NCBI GenBank assembly: GCA_011620275.1 | Contig: WOZK01000004.1 | Location: 21,931 to 85,930 of the forward strand | From: Candidatus Omnitrophota bacterium | GTDB lineage: Bacteria; Omnitrophota; Gorgyraeia; Gygaellales; Profunditerraquicolaceae | Direction: 5' to 3' | DNA: 64,000 nt | Shown here: positions 59,263 through 64,000 of the stretch, piece after piece | How the letters are laid out: every line of letters starts with the position of its first letter | How positions within the stretch are numbered: position 1 is the stretch's first letter | Notes under the pieces: model-generated | Database searches by the model: none | Told to the model about the DNA's origin: nothing | What the model saw: the letters and a program-made list of their open reading frames with translations, nothing else | Made by a program: the position numbers and the translations under genes

Positions 59263-60300
59263 TCAACAGGCAAGCAGACGTTCGGCGTAATCGGCAAGGG
59301 CTGTTCGGTAGCTTTGACGCATGCGCAGTGAATTGCCTATCTTCAAGGCCTTTTCGCGCAAGTCATAAACTTCTTGTTTGACGTGTTCCAGGGCGCCGCA
59401 GCCGGCGATAATCCCGCGCATCCGCGCCAGGTCTGAGAAGGTAACCCGTTTTTTTGCCAACATGGTCTTGATCTCGGCGCGCTGGCCGAAATTCCCCATG
59501 CGATAGGCGTAATACATCAACACCGTCTTTTTGGCTTCCTGAAGGTCGCTCAAGGAAGGTTTGCCGCTTTCATCGGAGTTCGAGAACATACCGATGATAT
59601 CATCCTTAATCTGAAAGGCCCTGCCGAGGCAGATGCTGTATTCGTCAAGTTTTCTTATTTCGGACGCGGGAGCGTTAGCCAGGATGGCGCCCACGGATAA
59701 CGGACAGGAAAATGTATAGTAGGCGGTCTTATAATCGTAGATCTTGTATATGTCCGCGAGTTTGACACGGCTGATATCTTCTCCTCCCAAAAGCAGTTCA
59801 ATGAATTCCCCGGCGCCGGTATAAAGCGCGGCGTCCACGAATTTGCGCAGGCCCTGTTCTTTGTATTTCATATCCACCTGGACCTCCAGGAAGGCGTGAA
59901 TGGCCATGGCATAAACCACGTCTCCGGCAACGATCGCCAGATCCTGCCCGCTGAATTTGACCTTCGAGGCGCCTCTGATACCTTTACTCAGGAGAACGTG
60001 CATAGCCGGTTTACCACGCCGCAAGTCTGATTTATCGATGATATCGTCGTGGATGAGCATAAAATCGTGCAACAGCTCGATGGATAGAGCCGAGGTATAC
60101 AACCCCGGCGCCGGTTTGCCGGCATAGCCGAGATAACCTACCGCGAGCATTATCGGACGGATGCGCTTGCCGTCCCTGCCGATAAACTCACAAATGGCCC
60201 GTTCAAGGGAAGGAGATACGGCTTTTAGGCTGCGGAAACGCCCGTTTTTCAGGAGTTTCACGAGTTCTCCGTCGATTTCTTTCTTTAGAATTTCAAACAT
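59263..60300 (-). CDS. Polyprenyl (GGPP) synthase, CrtE/IdsA-like
   Basis: GKR.RP, LIHDDIID....RRG, KTA.Y, FQI.DD. Confidence 0.9.
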   Translation of the reverse strand: MFEILKKEIDGELVKLLKNGRFRSLKAVSPSLERAICEFIGRDGKRIRPIMLAVGYLGYAGKPAPGLYTSALSIELLHDFMLIHDDIIDKSDLRRGKPAMHVLLSKGIRGASKVKFSGQDLAIVAGDVVYAMAIHAFLEVQVDMKYKEQGLRKFVDAALYTGAGEFIELLLGGEDISRVKLADIYKIYDYKTAYYTFSCPLSVGAILANAPASEIRKLDEYSICLGRAFQIKDDIIGMFSNSDESGKPSLSDLQEAKKTVLMYYAYRMGNFGQRAEIKTMLAKKRVTFSDLARMRGIIAGCGALEHVKQEVYDLREKALKIGNSLRMRQSYRTALADYAERLLAC

Positions 60301-60321
60301 GGCTTCCTCTTTCCGCGCTAC

Positions 60322-61236
60322 TCAGTATCCCAAGTCCTTCAATATATACGGATCATCCTGCCATCCCTCGCGGACCTTAACGTGCATCTGCAGGAAGACC
60401 TTCTTGTCCAGCAGCATCTCCAGTTCGGAACGGGCCGTTTCCCCGGCTTTTTTCAAAACACTACCGCCCTTGCCGATGACTATTGACTTCTGCGAATCCC
60501 TCTCCACCAGCACGACCGCGGATATAAACATCACTTTACCCCGCCTCTGCGTCGTTTCCTCCACATACACTGCCAGGGAATGCGGTATCTCATCTTTCAG
60601 GAAAAGAAAGAATTTCTCTCTAATGATATCAGCGATCGCCAGCTTCTGGGGAAAATCCGTAAGAACTTCCGGCGGATAAAGCAATGGCCCTTCCGGCAGC
60701 AGTCCGAAGAGAACGTCCACCAGCTTGTCGGTATTGATACCGGTCATCCCGGAGACCGGCATCAGAACGAACCTATCCGCCGTCTCTGTCACCGGCTTGC
60801 CGAGCGCCTTTTCCCATTCTTTGATGTAGCCGTCCATATAGGCAGCCTTGCGATCGACCTTGTTCATCGCCAGGATTACCGGGATTTTCCTGCCGCTGAG
60901 TTTCTCTATGATCATGCCTTCTTCGCGGCCGAGCCGTTCGCAGGCGTCCACCAGATGGATTATAACGTCTGCTCCTTCAATGGCGCTGTCTATGTCGCTA
61001 AGCATGTGCCGGCCGAGTTTGTTGCGAGAGAGGTAAATCCCCGGGGTATCGAGAAAAACGATCTGCCCGCGTTTTTCGGTGAGCACGCCGCGCACCTGGT
61101 AACGAGTCGTTTGCGGAACCGGAGAGACTATCGCCACCTTCTCCCCCAGAAGAGTATTCATCAGTGTGGATTTCCCGGTGCTTGGTCTGCCGACTATACA
61201 AACTACGCCGCAGCGTTGACCTTTTTGATCATTCAT
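60322..61236 (-). CDS. era: GTPase Era
   Basis: GRPSTGKS, PQTTR, DTPG, NKVD, IIREK, KH domain SQK.IVIG..G; start refined to 61236. Confidence 0.95.
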   Translation of the reverse strand: MNDQKGQRCGVVCIVGRPSTGKSTLMNTLLGEKVAIVSPVPQTTRYQVRGVLTEKRGQIVFLDTPGIYLSRNKLGRHMLSDIDSAIEGADVIIHLVDACERLGREEGMIIEKLSGRKIPVILAMNKVDRKAAYMDGYIKEWEKALGKPVTETADRFVLMPVSGMTGINTDKLVDVLFGLLPEGPLLYPPEVLTDFPQKLAIADIIREKFFLFLKDEIPHSLAVYVEETTQRRGKVMFISAVVLVERDSQKSIVIGKGGSVLKKAGETARSELEMLLDKKVFLQMHVKVREGWQDDPYILKDLGY

Positions 61237-61339
61237 AACCTGTTGAAAGATATAAGAAACGGGTTGAACAATAATGTTTGCATCCCTACCAGCGCCGTTA
61301 TAATAACACAGCGGAAAAAACAAGGCAAACCTTTTAATA

Positions 61340-61413
61340 CCGGGGACACTCCGGGGACACAATACCTAATTGCGAGTATAGCGATAAATAATTAAGTATT
61401 GTGTCCCCGGAAT
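61340..61413. repeat. Inverted GGGGACAC doublet with duplicated partial copy
   Basis: Partial 61340-61349, forward 61350-61371, reverse 61390-61413. Confidence 0.88.
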
Positions 61414-61434
61414 TACAGGTATAAAATGTGGATT

Positions 61435-64000
61435 ATGGAAAATTTGACTCCTATGCTTAAACAATACCGGGAAATCAAGGCCAAATATCCCGATTGCATT
61501 CTTTTTTTCCGCCTTGGCGATTTCTATGAGATGTTCATGGAAGACGCCAAAACCGCCAGTCCTATACTGGAAGTGGTTCTAACTTCCCGCGATGCCGGCA
61601 AGGCGGGCAGGATACCGATGTGCGGGGTCCCTTATCATGCCGGAGACAATTACGTGGCAAAATTGGTTAAAGCAGGTTTCAAAGTCGCTATATGCGAACA
61701 GGTTGAAGACCCGGCACTCGCCAAGGGACTGGTGAAACGCGAGGTGATCCGGGTAATTACAGCGGGTACTTTCATAGATGAGACCAGCAACGATCAGCGT
61801 TTCACCTGTTGTATATATCCGGGCAGAGACGGTATAGGCCTGGCTTTCTCTGAAGCGTCTTCGGGGGTGATCCGGCTGGCGCGTTTTACCGATAAAGAAG
61901 CCGCGGTAATGATAATGGCGAAGCTGCCTCTCTTCGAATGCCTTTTCCCCCAGCAGGACGAACAGCAGGTAAAAGAATTATTAGAGCACCCGCTATTGAA
62001 AAATAAAGGGCTCTCTCTCAGCCCTTATGAAGACTGGAATTTCAATCCGGAGATCGCGGAAAAGAATTTAACCGAGCATTTCGGGACAAACAACCTGAAA
62101 GGTTTCGGCATAGAGGATATCTCCGCGGCGGTATCCGCGGCAGGAGCGCTTCTCGAGTATCTTAAAAGCGTGCACCGTTCTTCTTTGAAGCACATCGACC
62201 GCCTGACGCTGTATTCCGAAACCGGAAGCGTAGTCATCTCCCCCGCCGCCTGTTACGGGCTGGAGCTGGAAGAGCTTTTCCAGACGCTCGACCGCACCGT
62301 CACTCCTCTCGGCAGACGCATGCTTAAAGAATGGCTCTACCGGCCGTTGAACGATCCGGAAGAAATCAGAAAACGCCAGCAGGCGGTGAGCATCCTGAAG
62401 AACGATCCTATGCTGAGAGATAACCTGGGCAAGACGCTCAAGAACACTCCCGATATAGAAAAAAACCTTTCACGGCTTAGCTGCGGTTCCGGAGGAGCTA
62501 AAGACCTGCTGGCCCTGCGCAACGCGCTTAACCGCGTGCCGGGACTGCAATCGTTACTCTCCGAAGCAGGAAAAGACACCGAATTACTCCGGCTAAAGGA
62601 CGCCGCGCGCATAAGAGAATTGCTTGAACAAACCATCAACCCGGAGATGCCTCTTTCGCTCTCCGAGGGAAAGGTTATACGCCCGGGATACCACAGAGAG
62701 CTGGACGAATTGCGCGATCTGCAGGAAAACGGCAGACAATGGCTGCAGTCCTACCAGGCGCAGCAGGCCAAAGAAACCGGGATAAATTCCCTGAAGATAG
62801 GATTCAACAACGTATTCGGTTATTATATCGAGGTCACTCGCGCTAATCTGAAAAATACCCCGCCCCATTTCACGCGAAAACAAACCCTTGCCAATGCCGA
62901 ACGTTTTGTCACCGGGGAATTGAAGGCATTCGAGGAAAAAATCCTGACGGCCCAAGGAAAGATCGCGGCGATAGAACGCGAAATAATCAACAAGCTCTGC
63001 GCCCAGGTATTGAAAGACGCCACTGCCCTGCATGAAACGGCCTCCGGCATAGCCTCGCTCGACGCCTTGTATTCGATGTCCGCTACCGCATCCCTACCCG
63101 GTTACATCATCCCGGAGGTAAACTCCGGAGAGGAAATTCACGTTAAAGACGGACGCCACCCGGTGGTGGAAAAACTCACCGGCAACGCCTTTATTCCCAA
63201 CGACACACTGCTCGACCGCAACGAGAACCAGCTTATAATACTCACCGGTCCGAACATGGCCGGGAAATCCACTTATATAAGACAGACCGCCTTGCTGGTT
63301 ATTATGGCGCAGATGGGAGGAGCGGTGCCGGCGGCAGAGGCGCGCATCGGCATAGTAGACAAGATATTCACCCGTATCGGAGCGCACGATGAGATCAGCA
63401 AAGGACAGAGCACATTCATGGTGGAAATGACCGAGGCCGCCGGGATATTGAATAATCTTTCCGAGCGCAGTCTGGTAGTCCTCGACGAGATCGGACGCGG
63501 CACAAGCACCTACGACGGGCTCAGCCTCGCCTGGGCGGTGGCGGAATTCTTGCAGCAGCGAAAAGTCAGGACACTTTTCGCCACGCATTTCCACGAGCTG
63601 ACCGCGCTGGCCGAGGAATACCCGGGAGTGAAAAATTATAACGTCTCGGTAAAAGAATGGGACGACCGCATCATATTCTTGCATAAAATAATACCCGGGG
63701 GCAGCGACCAGAGTTACGGCATATACGTGGCAAAGCTCGCCGGCATCCCGAGAGAAGCAGTCTCCCGCGCCGGGGCGATACTGGCAAAGCTCGAGCTGCA
63801 CGGCAGCCTGCAGGAGACCATCCGCCACGGCCGTAAGTCAAACGAACGACAGATGGCGATATTCGAAGAGGAAAACAAAAACGCGCGGCGTTACGAGGAA
63901 ATAGGCAGGGCGCTTGAAGAAACCGACATAGACTCCATAACGCCCTTGGAAGCGCTGAACAAACTTCAACAGCTAAAAAGAATAGCGGAGAAAAATGACA
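61435..64000 (+). CDS. mutS: DNA mismatch repair protein MutS (stop lies beyond the window)
   Basis: Translated by hand: MENLTPMLKQY, FRLGDFYE, MCGVPYH, GRHPVVE, TGPNMAGKST, STFMVEM, DEIGRGTST, SYGI.VA.LAG. Confidence 0.96.
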   Translation, partial: MENLTPMLKQYREIKAKYPDCILFFRLGDFYEMFMEDAKTASPILEVVLTSRDAGKAGRIPMCGVPYHAGDNYVAKLVKAGFKVAICEQVEDPALAKGLVKREVIRVITAGTFIDETSNDQRFTCCIYPGRDGIGLAFSEASSGVIRLARFTDKEAAVMIMAKLPLFECLFPQQDEQQVKELLEHPLLKNKGLSLSPYEDWNFNPEIAEKNLTEHFGTNNLKGFGIEDISAAVSAAGALLEYLKSVHRSSLKHIDRLTLYSETGSVVISPAACYGLELEELFQTLDRTVTPLGRRMLKEWLYRPLNDPEEIRKRQQAVSILKNDPMLRDNLGKTLKNTPDIEKNLSRLSCGSGGAKDLLALRNALNRVPGLQSLLSEAGKDTELLRLKDAARIRELLEQTINPEMPLSLSEGKVIRPGYHRELDELRDLQENGRQWLQSYQAQQAKETGINSLKIGFNNVFGYYIEVTRANLKNTPPHFTRKQTLANAERFVTGELKAFEEKILTAQGKIAAIEREIINKLCAQVLKDATALHETASGIASLDALYSMSATASLPGYIIPEVNSGEEIHVKDGRHPVVEKLTGNAFIPNDTLLDRNENQLIILTGPNMAGKSTYIRQTALLVIMAQMGGAVPAAEARIGIVDKIFTRIGAHDEISKGQSTFMVEMTEAAGILNNLSERSLVVLDEIGRGTSTYDGLSLAWAVAEFLQQRKVRTLFATHFHELTALAEEYPGVKNYNVSVKEWDDRIIFLHKIIPGGSDQSYGIYVAKLAGIPREAVSRAGAILAKLELHGSLQETIRHGRKSNERQMAIFEEENKNARRYEEIGRALEETDIDSITPLEALNKLQQLKRIAEKND

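Overview
Bacterial chromosome segment, mostly on the minus strand. Gene content (LpxC-FabZ fusion, LpxI, Zn-ribbon SpoVG, four-subunit pyruvate:ferredoxin oxidoreductase) suggests an anaerobic diderm, probably PVC-related such as Ca. Omnitrophota; this is inference only. Core loci: the dcw cluster (mraZ to murG), ribF-nrnA-rbfA-tRNA nucleotidyltransferase-xerD, ligA, the bamA-skp-lpx operon, dnaB-rplI-rpsR-ssb-rpsF-pth-rplY-prs-glmU, spoVG-ispE-transketolase, hisG, the POR operon with a DPS-like ferritin and ferredoxin, ugd/galE, era and mutS. There are two tRNAs (Arg-UCG, Gln-UUG) and a decaying carotenoid cluster. The unusual signal is intergenic. About 15 copies of a ~23-bp repeat (TTCCGGGGACACRATACTTAATT) flank a Y1/HUH (RAYT-like) transposase and are also dispersed as transposase-free doublets. 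Three loci carry the same ordered composite of different repeat families. There are also IS200/IS605-like palindromic mini-elements, IS630- and IS1182-like MITEs, ISL3 and integrase remnants, and a candidate orphan IS110-type non-coding (bridge-RNA-like) end. No CRISPR array, prophage or rRNA was seen.
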